Assembly: GCF_964204645.1 (NCBI RefSeq)
Contig: NC_134026.1
Span: 3,929,950-3,993,949, forward strand
DNA: 64,000 bases
Source of the DNA: Tubulanus polymorphus
Lineage: Eukaryota > Animalia > Nemertea
Direction: 5' to 3'
In this document: positions 19,001 to 32,316 of the stretch, piece after piece
Position numbering within the stretch: position 1 is the first letter of the stretch
Layout of the letters: each line of letters begins with the position of its first letter
The notes under the pieces: generated by a model
Seen by the model: the letters and a program-made list of their open reading frames with translations, nothing else
Told to the model about the DNA's origin: nothing
The model's database searches: none
Made by a program: the position numbers and the translations under genes

Positions 19001-20177
19001 AAATTTTAGAAGGCTCATTTGTTAAGAATTTGACTGTTATGAATACCGAGACTTTAATACAGTGTTGCAGTCAATGTTGAAGTCCATCAGTTCAATCTTT
19101 TGAGAAGAATCTGAAAACTTAATTTTTCAGAAAAATTTACAACTGCAATTAATCTTAGTCACCTAAATAGAAAATAAATTATTATTATTATCATTTCAGA
19201 ATACTTCCAGTTATCGAACCTGGTAACCAAACAGAAGCCGAATTCAGTCTTAACGCGCAGAAATTAACTGCAAATGCATTGAAACTCGTTCCTACTAGTT
19301 TAACTGCAGCTGATATGGTAGAACATGAGAAAAAGTGTCTCCTACTATCGCAGCAACAACATCGTTCTACATTCTCGAATGTTGATGGTAACTATTTTGT
19401 CAGATATGCGTAAACCAAACGATACGAGCCATGTCAAAATTGATTAGGAGTTGTCTTCTTATTTCAGCCACTCCTCCCCCGTCCCCAGCTATTCATCAGT
19501 CGAATCTGATGAATTCGCCGACGCTGATCACCCGAGGCAGTTTGCGTAGTTCGTGGAGATCATCGAGTCATGAAGAAGACGAACGTATAAGAGCCATGTG
19601 CGAACAAGTTAAAGAAGTTCTCCCTCATGTACCTATACATGCTATTAGAAAAGATTTAGGTAATGAATGATGACCAAGAAGAAAGTTGAAATTCCGTATT
19701 ATAGAATTATTTGTGGTTATGCAATTCCTTATTTTATCCTTATTCCTATAGCAATAACTAGAGATATTGACATCACGATTTCAAATATTCTGGAAGATCG
19801 GGTGCACTTCATCCCGGAGAATGAAAGTAAACCAACAGCTGTCAAGAAGCCTCCTGTATCACAGGTATATCTTTTTGAATCTAGTAAAACTTACTTTTAA
19901 GACATACAGAATTCATGCAGTTCTTTATGAAATTTTTAATCAATTAGAAATGATAATAAAAATAGAGAAAATTTGAAAAGTAGGGAATATAGAGGCTGTT
20001 CTTCATGATTTAATGATTGAACTTTTTCAGTCGACGCCTCAAAAACCGATAGCTGCTAAAAGTTTTCCGCGATCGAGCAAAGAGCGTCACATGTCGTTAG
20101 AAGATAGAAAAAGAATACTCGTAGAAACAGCGCGACAGCGATACTTAGCCAAACACGGAATTACCGGGCAAACTTAA
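16021..20177 (+). CDS. AUP1: Ancient ubiquitous protein 1 (lipid-droplet/ERAD factor; acyltransferase-like, CUE and G2BR domains)
   Basis: ~11 exons. N-terminal hydrophobic hairpin LAILLYFPIGLMLAVIRVFIGLH; NHISIFD and FPEG motifs; CUE domain QVKEVLPHVPIHAIRKDL...DIDITISNILE; G2BR ERHMSLEDRKRILVETARQRYL; TAA 20175-20177. Confidence 0.93.
17248..17902. repeat. TIR element filled with ~10 copies of a 50-bp minisatellite (AUP1 intron 4)
   Basis: Left arm of ACCGACGA/ACCGACAA 8-mers mirrored by TCGTCGGT/TTGTCGGT on the right. Core unit GCGTGGATTACCCTTATATAAAGTGGCTGGGATCGAGGGGCTGCGTGTAT, ~17342-17840. Confidence 0.88.
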
Positions 20178-21281
20178 ACATTTTATTTGTAAATTATGCA
20201 AAAAATCAAGAAAATTTCACCAGGCATGGGTTAAAGTATGAGTGGGCATCTCAGGAATAATAATGGAGGCATCTCTGAGAGGTTTTGTGTCAAGCACTTG
20301 GTCTTCATATACCATAATTTCACATATATTTTCAATATATTTCATGATATGTCTAGAAAACAGAAAACAATGTCATTTTCTGATATCAAAATCTATAAAT
20401 AGCTGTTTATGTTGTAATTACCGGTACAAACTTTATTTTATCCACCCCATCAATCATGGACAAGGATAGATTATTTTTGCTAGTAGATATGGTGTAGATT
20501 TTCCCCTGATAAAATGTTATATAATAACTACCATGGCTAGCATGTTTCGTTCAGATTATTGGCAGTTGGTAATCTGCGCAGGAAAACTGAATTATTGTAG
20601 TAATTTGTGCAATTTTACAGTTAGTTAAATAGGTAAATTGATAATTGTTTTGTTTTTAGATTTCTCAATAAGTGTAAAAAATTATGTGCTGTGTTAATAC
20701 AGTTGCTCATATAAGATAATGTTGTCTTATTTTTCCATGCTTTGTGGGTTTGATAATCTTGTGTAAGTGTGTTTAAAATGTTTACTTAAATTTTTGTCAA
20801 TAGTTGGAATTATTTTGGCGTAGTCGCTTAAAAAATGTTCAATCAGGTGTGGGACTTCTGAGTTCTATTATGATGTATTATCTGTCAACTTTCTTTGAGA
20901 ACGTGTAATGATCATGATGATTGTGCCTTGTAGATATTTTGTAAATAAGAGATAAAGGATTATGCTGAATATATAATTATGATATTAAAAAAAAGAATTG
21001 TCTTCGCTTGTTTTGTTAACTGTAAGTAGTTTAGGATGCGATAACTTATCATATCAAGGTAATCGGGAGCCCTCCCGAATTTGACAAAAAGGATATGCGC
21101 CCCAAAAAAGTCCGTACAAGACGAGTCCGGTGTCCGTGAAATTAGTCACATCGACGTTGACCTACTTTATCAATGTAAATAATATGGCGGCCCGAATTTG
21201 AATCAACGGCAGCTTTTTTCAAGTTTTCAAAAGTTTGTCAAGACGCCGTTCACGAATAGACCGCTAGCGGGGGAACGTATT

Positions 21282-22170
21282 ATGAGCGAGTTGAAGGTAA
21301 ACATCGTTTTAATTTGTTTAATGGCTTGTATGTGTCTAACATGTGAATGTTTATCGGATTTTTGTTGTTAAAAAATAAAATGTTGCTCGTCTCGTCTCTG
21401 TGCCTGTGGTGGTCGCTTGCCAAGCATAAATCAACAAAACTTAACGTTTTATTGATTTATACTTAAAATCCCGGATTGATACTAAATGTTTATCTGACTT
21501 ATGTTTTATTATGCAGTATCTGTTGGATTGCGCCTTGTTACTGGGTGAACTGGCCAATCCAATTCTGGCATCATTAATTATGAAAAACTTGTCCGGGCAT
21601 GTTCAATTGTTAATTATTAATTCATTAATCAACAATGCTGCTGAACAGCCATATCCTCTTCTAATTAGTTTATTTGTAATCACTGCTGAGTTGAGTATTC
21701 GAGTTCGACTTCCTATGCCACAAGGTCAGCTTGTAATACTGAACAAAACTAATTGCTTAATTAAATACAGCACGTACTGTTAGGCTTTATTCAAGCTCAT
21801 GTTGTAATTTATGGTAATTAATGATTTGTGTGAGTAGTAATCTCCAGACTTGGTATCAGCGAATGCTATATAAATCCTTATTCATTGCACAGGATAAAAC
21901 AGACCTGTTTGAAGAAATCGAGCAAATAGGTGAAAAAACTAGAGCTCCATCACCGGGCAGTTTTCAGGCAAGTTTTATTACGTCATTTTAACCCTGGCTT
22001 AACCAACTTTATCAGTTGAATAGTGATATAAAAGTTTTGTTTGAAATATTTGTTTAGGTTGTTCCGACAATGGATCAGTCTACTGGTGATAGTGAATTCA
22101 GTACTACTGAGGATAGACAGATAACTGGACGAATATTAGATACAGCTACCGGTAAGAATCAGAATTATTA

Positions 22171-22213
<43 letters not shown>

Positions 22214-25200
22214 CAATGATGATCCGACTTTTGGTGATAATATCAAATCCTACCTAAATCAGTATTCATTGGTCTGAATCTTAGAAACCATTGAATATCT
22301 TAAGGTTTAAGCCAATACAGAATCATTCATAGGGCCTTACCCTTCTTTATAGGATGGTAATAAGCCTGATAATATTGCATAGTCCATCAGATTGAAAAAA
22401 TTAGAAACCATATTCACAGTTTCTTAGTCTGACTTTAGGACCATTTTAGTTCTGAATCCAATCTAACAACTTAAGACAGGACTTAAGATTTACGACTCCT
22501 TTTGGATTTAAGGCACAACAGAACTGACCCCAGAGTAGATTGAATTAATTATCGACATTTCATAAAACGTTCTTAATTTTTTCAGAAGATGAAGATAAGA
22601 ATGAAGAGGTAGTCAGTGAAGCAAGCAGCAGTAAGAGATTGAGGAGTCCTGTTCCACCGTTGAATTTAGAGTTAGGTTTAGATGATGTCGCCGAAGGTAT
22701 GTCGAGACAAGCGTTAGAAACCGCTTGCGAAGAATTGGTAAACGAAGACCTGCTCGTTAAATCGGCCATCGAACAAGTATCAACGGATTTCGTCAGCGGT
22801 GATTTGAGCCGTCTGCCCGACGACGGCGAATCGGACGGCGACGAATCGCCCGTTTCCGAAAACGGAAGCGCGCGAAATTATCATATTTGCGAACCGTGGT
22901 CGGATCAGGATAACGTCGGAACGTGGTCGGGTTTATCGACGCCGCAAGTTACTCCGCGAGTTCTAACAGCCGCCGAATCTCAGTCAGATCAAGAAGTTCG
23001 CGCTGATCCACCTCTGGAGCCGGTGACTCCGAAAGTTTTGCCGATTAAATATTTCACGCCTCAGGTGAACGAATTTACGCCGGCCGCAGATGAATCGATA
23101 GCCTTCCAGAGCGAGACGCCGATGAATGCGGCGGTAAAACCGGTAGGTCATTCAACTCCGTTTATCAACACGGGAATCGAAGAAAAGCCGCAGATGATCG
23201 CGTTAGACCCGGAGCCCGATACCACGATCACCGAAACCTCGTACGAGGAAATGCCCGATGCTTTGGACGAATCAACCATCGACGGAATCTCGAAACGTCC
23301 GGAAACGCAAGGAAGCGAGGCCGATTTCGACGAACAAGAAGAGACCGTCGTTTTGAAAGAGTTGTCTCCGGGTGGAGTCGTCACGAAGGCCGGAGTCAGC
23401 GACTACGTTCCGGCGTCCGAGCGGGAGAAACTGCTGCAGAGAGTCGAAGCGGACGAAGCGACGAATCGTCTGATCAGCGACGTTTTAGCTCGCGAGAATT
23501 TCAAACCGGCCGGCGCCAGCGACATCGATTCAGACGTCACCGATTATACGAACATGCCGGATAAGATGGCCGATATCGATCCGGTGCGTTGTACGGCGAT
23601 GGTCGTCGTCAGAGATGGCGCCTCCTCTCCGTCGAAAGATCGGTCTCCGTTGAGGAAATCCCTGTCGCCGCCGGCAAACGAGTTGAATCAAAGCAGCTGT
23701 AGCAGTACTCAATACCAAGAGTTACCGACGGTCGTCGGTGGCGCCGATAAATCAGAAGTATCGGCTCTAAAAAGTATCAACGATAGTTTAGGCGATACTA
23801 TCTGTCAAGAGATCGAAGATTTCCTCGCCAATCAGGAACCGTTACGCAAACAGTTCCGACTCGACGATGAAGACGATGAGGAATACGGCAGCGAAGATGA
23901 TGATGATACCGATGATTCAGTTACGGAACGTGTGAAACGGTTGTTGTTACAGTGCGAGGCTGAACGCAGTTTCACCGAGCAGAAGATCACCGAGAGCAGC
24001 GAGACGTTAGTCGCCGGTTCGCCGTTACCGAAATACCCCGTACGCTTGACGCGATCGCACAACGACATATCCGGCGCTTCGTACGAAAGATACCACAATT
24101 CACCGCTTAACCTCGTTAACGAGAGTATCGGCGAGAAGGTTCATCGTTTGTTGGCGAAAAGCGACGAATTACGCCACGAAACGAGTCCGCGCGCCAGCCC
24201 GACTTCGATTCGCGACCTCGTACATTCGGCGTCGGCCGTCTTTACCGACAACGTTTACCACGATTTACAGAGAGATCTGGACGAGATCAACACGAGTTTA
24301 CGACAGTATCGACACGAGGCACGTAAGAAGATAAACATGTCGCCCGAATCGCAGGCGTCGGTGAAAAGCATGGATACGGTTAAAACGTCGAGCGATTTGG
24401 ATTACGAGAAAAGTAAGAAGCTGCAGTGGGATTACGCGGCCGATATCGGCGAGGTTAGCCTACCCGAGTTCGTGTCATCGGTGACCGCGGCGAAGGAAAA
24501 AGCCGAAGCTCAGAAAGTGGAAATCGCCCGCAGTCGCAGTCCTCTGAACCCGAACGATGTTGAGCGTAAGAGTATGAAGCGTCTAGCTGGATTAGACGAA
24601 GGGGTTAGTAGCGGCGGCGTTTATAAGGGCACGCTGCCCGATCGGGTTTACCGGTTATTGCAGACCGATTTGCCGCAACAGCAGGCGTATAACATCCTGA
24701 GAGAGGCCGAGGAACGCGAGATGGAAGCTCAAGTTCGCAACTTGCAAGAACAACGACAACGGCAAACGAGTCCGCACTCGACGTTGTCGCGAGTATCGGA
24801 GAGGACGACTCCGCGGTCGCCGAGGCAATATAAACCGCTACAATCGCCGATCACGTCTCCGTCGAAGAGAGAACGAACGCCGACTCATTTCGAAATCAAC
24901 GCGTCGCCGAACAAACGTACGCGCACCAACGATTCCATAATCGATCGTTTGAGTTTCTCGCCGTTGGCCAAAAAACCGTTCACGGCGTTCCAGGTATGTC
25001 GCGATTTGTTGTCGGATCAGATGCAGAAAATGAACGATCGTCGGTCGTTGGATTTCCTGTTGACATCGCCGACGAAAACGCGAATTGAAGTGGCCGACGG
25101 GAGGTTCGATTCGTCGTTGAAAGCCGGCGATAGAAGTTATTTGCATCGCATCGGTCGACCTAAATCTGCATCGCCGAATAGACCGACTGAATTGTCGATG

Positions 25201-28200
25201 GAAGTCGCTAATTATATGGTCAACCATAGGTCAGTATTCGGCTATATTTCGACTACCGATGCCTACCTGAATTGTGGAATGAAGGAGAATTTATTTTGGA
25301 TTATTTACATTTTTTTGCGGTAATTTAGGTCGATGAATGATATGAGAAGTTCTCTACCGCTGAAGGGACCGGTCGACCGTAGATCACCAGTCGTGTTCAC
25401 CGATGAGCCTTACTCTCAAAAATCATTCGCGAAAAGGTACGTTATCAGACAGTGTGTTAAAATCTCCCTTGTAGCGTTATCAGAGATAATAGTGCGGTGT
25501 AAATACACCTAAATCCTAGATGTTCCATTTTGAATTGTTGATATTTTATTCATTTTCAGTATGGATGCTATCAGTAGAGAACAAAGTCACAGTAAAAGAA
25601 GCATCGTTTCTGCACCGCCCGATGTGACTATCGGTAAAATTGAATCAGGTAATAAAGAATTAGATTTTGGAGAATATTGCACTTCATGAAGCTTCATTAT
25701 ATAAACTGAAGAACGAATTAGATTTTATCGAACTCTTTTATTCATCGCTCACTTCAGATGAGGAAGAAGACATACCCTCCGTAACGCCGCGTAATCAACA
25801 GGTGAAAATCGTAGCCCCCGGAGATAGCCAACATGTTCGTGTCAGACAACCGAGAAGTACTTCACCATTGATCAGACCGTACAAGTAAATATACCCGTTC
25901 AATCGAATACTCAATTCGTACGTTTGATGTTATATACGTTATTCTAATGAATGGCATTGTTTTTAGGCCGCCTGGTAGTAATGAAGTGTTCTATTTCGAA
26001 AGTAATCCCGAGGAGACAAGTACCGGAATATCTGGTGGTGAAACTACTCAGGAAAGCACACATTTAGGTAAGTACCAGTATTTGAGATCGTGTAGATTAG
26101 CCAAGTTCATTCAAATGCGAGAAATGGGTTGATCCTCGAGCTAAACAAAACCAGAATATCAACAATTGATATTCTGGTGTTGTTTGGCTGGAGTATTGAT
26201 AAGCAAATTGAATAGATTTTCTGGCATTGTTGGGCAGCTAGGCTACTAAGTGACTGATAAGTTCATTGTGCGGATAGTGTATCTGGGCTTTGTTAGTTTT
26301 AAGGATAGATTGATAAGTGAATTTGACAGATATTCAGGCTTTGACAACTGAATGAGTACATAATTATATACTGGGTTTTCAATAAATCTTATGTTTTGGA
26401 TGCTGATATAGATATTTTCATGTTGGCTGTATTAGGCTCAATGGATGATTATTGTTGAAATATTGCAGGTTCCGATGATGCACAGCCACCATATTTACCG
26501 CCTCACGTACTTGGATCTCGTGTTGATCCAATAAATAAATCTGGTAAAGGAATCTACGGTCATCGTCCATTGAGAACTATGGCAAAAGTTGAGGAAGAAA
26601 AGGTACGTGAAATATCTCAGAAAATTCTGATAAATTTCCGTTAATTTCAATCTTTACTAGAGAGGTGTATTCAAAATATTGTTTTCAGGATGTTCATGGC
26701 TCACTGAAGTCTGTTGAAAGTTTTAGTGCATCTCGACAGGAAAAGTCGGTCGAAACTGGTTTAACAGGAGGAGGTGCACGATTAGCGTGGGCCGACGAAG
26801 AGAAGTCAGAAACTGGCGCGAACCAAGAACGTTTCAGTACACCAGAAAAAGCTAAAGACATGGAGAGAAGATTGAGCAGCCATTCTAGGTAGGAGATGTT
26901 TGAATTTATTTTGAAACGTTCATATTTATTTTTGCTTCTCTGGCTTCCTTGAGACCCTTATTCTTGTATTGATTTCGGTCTGTGGGTCTAGTCTTGCAGC
27001 TACCTAGCTTCATTAATAGCGCGTCAATCTTGATGAAATTTGGGTAGGATGTTAGTAAGGGGGTCTAGTTGTATAGTGCAAAGAATGAGCCCAGTGCACC
27101 ACCTAGCAACTGAACTAGGCACGAAAAATGTTTTTAGGGCCATCATCTTACAGATGACCACATTAGGAACTGGGACAAATTTCAAAAAGTTGTCTCGACA
27201 AAATTTAGTTACCGTATTGGCACTAGATTGATTCTCTATATCCAAAATCCAAAGGGAACCAACGCATGTTTATATTCGGGAGTTGGAGTCTGAGCCTGAG
27301 AACCGTTGCTGCCTATGGCTTGTTGCGATTTACTTTCATTCTATTCTCTTAATTATTTTCAGGGACTCGGCAAATGATATGATGCCTTTGCAACTGGTAA
27401 CTTCATCCTCCGATGATGATACCGACGCACTGAGAGCCAGCGCCAGGTCGAAAACTTCGTTGCAGATACTTCAAAATATTCTCGAGCGCGAAAGCGATTC
27501 GTCGACGCCGGATGATCTCGGTTCGGTGTGGAAAATGTACCAAGCTCGTAAACAGGCGCAACGCGAGAACCTGAGCATCATCGAACGCATACAGAAACTA
27601 AGCGAGCTTTTCAAGCGACCGACGAAAAGTTACACGCGTCAGAAAGCCGATAGCGCCGTGAGCGCGCAGTCTTCGAAGCTGTCGAGTAAGAAGGACGAGA
27701 TTCGAGCCGAAGATCGGGCAGAAATCGAATCGGAATCGTCGTCGTCAGTGAATGTTTCTCCTCGTACCGATAGTTCGACGGATTCGACGCATGAATTAAG
27801 AGCGAAGATGAACACGGTTTTAGACGCCGCCGACACGCTGTCGTCGATTCCCGAAGATAACGTTCTCGATACGCTTTCGTCCGACACGACGACGACGACC
27901 GCTTGCTCCGATCTGATGAAGACGAACGATCCGAAGGTGTTGAAGTTGCGACTGAAAATCATCGAACAGAAAGAGAAACACGAACGCGGCAAACGTCGCG
28001 AAGAAAAACGATGCGAGAAAATCGAGAAGCTCGAACAGGTTCTACTCGAGAAGAAACTCGGTCAACAACAGGACACGTCGGATTCGTCGATTTCGCAGAC
28101 GACGTTGTCGACTACGGCTAGTACGACTACCGTTCTGACCAGCGAGGCCGATTCATCGTCTTCGACTTTAGAGCCGACTAAAACCGACTTGACCGCGAAG

Positions 28201-30770
28201 GAGATATGCGTTTGCGGCGGCAAAACGGGCAAAAAGGGAAAGTTGGACGTCGAGAAATTGAAGGAAATCCAACGACAAGAACGAATCATCCGAAAGCTGA
28301 AGGAAGCCAGGTACGGTCTCTTCCAGAAAAATTGGCTGCTTCCATGAAGTCTCCCTATGACATCATTATTGATCCGCTTGTGATTGTACATATACTGGGT
28401 GCCCACTAACCTGGAAAACACAGGGAATCAGAAAAATCTGAGAAAATAAATTCTACAAAATGAGAGATTTATAGAAATAGCCATCATCTCTAAATAGTTC
28501 TAAAATTTGCATTGGTATTGATTGAGATGTACTCTTTGTATAATCATTTTGCGAATGGTTTCTTTTGTAAATATATTATTGAGCCGTTGTATATGTGTAC
28601 ATATAACATGGAAGAATATTTTTTATTTCAGGACAAAAGCTGAACAAATTATCGAGAAACAGAAAAGTGGCAACTGGTATCTAGAATACGACAAGCCTAA
28701 AAAATCGAAACAGGAATTTTTCCGCGACATGCAGAAGACGAGAGATGCTAAGAAAAACAAGAGAAACAGCACTAAACATCAAAACGAAATGAAGAATAAG
28801 AAAATCCAAGCCAATTTAGACGCGGAATCGACCGCTAAAAGTCATCATCGTTCGAACAAAAAACACGACAAATCGGATGAAAATAAAGAGAACAGACGTC
28901 ACAAACCGAAAAATCGAGACGCTACGCAAAACTGTCCTACGCCTATAATGTTAGACACTCAAGAATCGAGGTAAGTTTTACTCCAAATTCGTCTTCACTT
29001 CATTTGTGAAAATGCATATTTAGATACTTATACGATGAATTATTATTTAGTTCGTCTGCTGGGCAGAGGACGGAATCTGTTCAAACATCCACACGTATTG
29101 ACTCATCCGCTGATCAAGGGGCTCCGCTTTCGAAAATGTTCAGCCCGGAAAAAATCTTCACACAGCGTAAAAAGAAGAATAAACCGGCTCCAGTCGGAAC
29201 TGATGGTAAGCAATCGGATTCATGAAAATTTAAATCGAATCAGTGATTGTAGTTTCATCAGAATTATTGTTAAGTTTTAATCGTTGAAAACTTGTGAAGT
29301 AGTTACTAAACTAATGAGAAAGATAATATGTTCACCGTAAAAACCTGGCCCTTTGATTGCCGGCAATGTTTGTCATAGTGATTGTCGGTACATAAACCGG
29401 GAATATAGATTGAGGATGTATGTATTCTGTAGGTGGTTTATGTTGGTATGTCCCCGTGAATGAGCATCGACCGTGGAAGAAACCGCTGAGTGAGAGACAA
29501 AATCTCGCCAATCACATTCCGCAGTTCAATATACCGAAAGGCCCGACGTTTGAAGATGTCGAATTGATCAAAGACAAAGATCCGGACGTCCAGTTTTTCC
29601 TTCACAAAGAAAACATTGAAGATAAGCCTGCTAGCGTATTTGATAACGAAGGAAAAAAGATTTCTCTGCAGGTAAAGACTTTTCTTTTCACCGGTAGAGA
29701 TGATGAATACACTTTGCAAATTTTTGAATTGTTTAGATTTATCGGTTTATTGATTAAAAATTAACTGCTTTCTTGATCACTAATTACAGGAAGCTCTGGT
29801 CGTGTTCAAAGGGGATTTTGTTTCGCAATCGCGCGAGCGTCAGAAACGTATCAAACTGGCCAGTCAGGAGAGAGAAATACGAGCTCAATACAAAAAACAG
29901 AGGCAGTTACTGTTCGCTGATTCTCAGAAAATTGATCCTAATCGTAACTCTCATCCATTCAGCGGTAAGAATGTCACGTTCTTCTAACAGTTTTGGGTGG
30001 CCACTGACCTCGAAAACTCAGGGAATCAGAAAAATCAGGGAATTTGACAAATTTTACCAAAACCTGGAAAACTCAGGGAATTCGGATAATGCTGTTGATC
30101 ACGTTTCTTCATCAGTACTTGATTGAATGAAAAATGAACGGTTGTAACATTTCAAACCCAGAAATTTCTCTGATTCATTCACGGAATTTTGGTTAATCAC
30201 ATGGAAAAATCTGTAATTTGTAAATTTCTGGCCACCCACTATCTTTATTTTCGTAGTTTATTTCTGAGAACTTTCATCGAGTAGATTTTGGTATACTTGG
30301 AATATTGTTGATAGTACAAGTTACTTGTCTCCATTGATTTTAAAAACAGTCGACCTGAAATTTTATATGAATGATTTCTGAATTTCTAGATAATCTTTAC
30401 AAACCGAGATACAGAGTTATGACCAAGAAGGAAATGAAAGAATTAACCGACAAGTAAGTTTATATTTGTGAAAATTTGAAGTTATTTTCGTTAATAGAGT
30501 TGATTGTATCAGAAAAATGGTACATCTCATTTTAGGGTGTATAAACGCTTACCAGAGGTACTGGATAAGAAATTGGAGAGAAAAAGGGATGAAGAGTATA
30601 AAACAAACCGGCTCCGAGCACGAATCTTTAAAGAGGTAAATTTCAAATCAAATCGCTGTTGACTAAATTAATTTTTTGCGAAAGATTATTTTGCTCACAC
30701 ATCGCATCAATTTTCTTAATGCTTTCAGAAAGTGTTAAATCAAGTGCTCAACCGATACCATGACATCTAA
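21282..30770 (+). CDS. ALMS1: ALMS1 centrosome/basal-body protein orthologue (C-terminal ALMS motif)
   Basis: ATG 21282; exons phase into a 2.6-kb exon (22586-~25228). Conserved blocks RPYKPPGSNEVFY...ETTQESTHLGSDDAQPPYLPPHVLGSR and GLCWYVPV...PWKKPL. ALMS motif SLQEALVVFKGDFVSQSRERQKRIKL...KKEMKELTDKVYKRLPEV...YKTNRLRARIFKEKVLNQVL. TAA 30768-30770. Confidence 0.88.
22164..22213. repeat. (ATT)n microsatellite
   Basis: ~16 nearly pure ATT units just after an ALMS1 donor site. Confidence 0.9.
27059..27283 (+). repeat. Dispersed ~220-bp repeat, copy 1
   Basis: Aligns with 36730-36953 (TAGTTGT.CAGTGCAAAGAATG.GCCCA.TGC.CCACCTAGC ... GACAAAATTTAG ... GGGAAC). Confidence 0.75.
29994..30238. mobile_element. 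MITE with GGGTGGCCA termini and TCAGGGAA subrepeats; degenerate relatives near 28397, 48400-48640, 54070-54250 and 57263-57350
   Basis: GGGTGGCCAC ... CTGGCCACCC inverted ends; repeated AAACTCAGGGAA / TTCCCTGA motif found in several introns. Confidence 0.6.
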
Positions 30771-30927
30771 ACCAGCGTTCGAGAGCCATGAATAACTTCT
30801 CCAGAATATTTCGAATTTCGCTGTGCTAAGAAGGCTATTTCCCTGTGTAGAAAGGATATTATTCTTCTTATTCAACTATAACCAGTAGTTCGGTAGCTAG
30901 AATTTAGATGGAAAGTCTTCATCATGC

Positions 30928-31211
30928 TTCAGTGCTGACTAATTAATACCCTATAGTGCTGGAGATAATTTGAAAATTCAAAAAAATTCCACCCTAGTGT
31001 GTTGAATAACGGGAATACCACTATAGTGCGTCTACACTGCGGCGCTGTGTATCGTTAGTTACTAGTATTTCACTATGTTTGACACGTGCTGCCATTTTTC
31101 AAGAGAGATAATTACTAATTACTTATTACATCAATACACCGCAGTGTGGTGTACTAGTGAAATCTATCACTGATATAAACACCGCACTGCGGTATAGACG
31201 CGCTGAAAGGG
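30928..31211. mobile_element. piggyBac-type MITE, copy 2 (downstream of the ALMS1 stop, probably in the 3' UTR)
   Basis: Reverse complement of 9471-9751; ends GCTGAAAGGG-TTAA; the left TIR is truncated. Confidence 0.8.
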
Positions 31212-32316
31212 TTAAGGGTTCTCAGATATGCAAATATTATCTCATCAGACGGCACAATCGTCCTTGACATCGCTACATGCGCGTTGAGCGTAGAAAATTA
31301 TCTTCAGATATCCAAGGAGAAGTATCCGAAGAGAAATCAGCGTATCATATTTTAGGCTAAATTTATACTATAGGGCAGTAGAATATAGATTCTAATATAT
31401 GTATCATATTTATCATAAGCATTATTTTAGCCAAAAATGATTATTTGTCCTGTGTCTGTGCCGAAATTTTTCCAGTGTGTTCATTAAAAGCTTTAAATTC
31501 TTCTTTTATGTATAACGTAGTGGCTTTTACATTAGAGTAGTGCGAGTAACCTTGAATTGAATGTCAAATTTTGCCGTCAGTTGCTGGAAGCTTATCGAAT
31601 ATTAACGATATATTTCGACTGGTATTATTTTAAACGCCTGCTTCACATTTAAAACCTCATTTTCCTAGGATGGAATGTTGCTTTAAAAAAGAAGTTATTT
31701 TTCGTGTAGCCATACATAAACTCGTATTTATAGTAATCTTAACTCGTGATAACCGAAGGATGAGCTGGTTTCACTCTTGATAGATTTTTGGTGATTTTGT
31801 AGTTATAGAGAATTGATAATGAATATATTAGTTTTGATTACTGTTGATTAATTTATGTTCAATTATGCAGTCGACACTTCTGGCTGGACCAGAAAATTCA
31901 ATTAAATGATTTTTGATATTGTGGTTGGAAATAAATCAAATGATTGTAATTCGAGTAGATTATATATTACATTCACTTTGTAATTTTCAATTGATCGTCC
32001 ACAATTAGTTTATGCAAAACAGAATTTATATATGAATTTGATCGAAATAAATATGAACTATATCTTAATTAAAAACAACTTTCATGTGTTATTTTTGTGG
32101 AGTTTTAAATTTTCGATTTCATGTAGATTTCATAAAATTTGCGCATTTTATGTTGGTGTAGGAGATTGCAAATATCAAATTCCGGTCGGAGCAGTCCCAC
32201 TACATAAGGTGTCTAGAATGGATCTTAGTTCAAGAATGCCACGCGTTCTCGAGTATCAAACAACGGAAGTAAACAATTACATGTGCCACCTAATAATACA
32301 GTGACGCCTTTTTACA

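Noticed and set aside
23148-28421. Antisense ORFs over ALMS1 (likewise over SNRNP200, GEMIN4 and DCAF10)
   Set aside because: Shadow frames of real coding exons; low-complexity Ser/Arg-rich translations with no family motifs.
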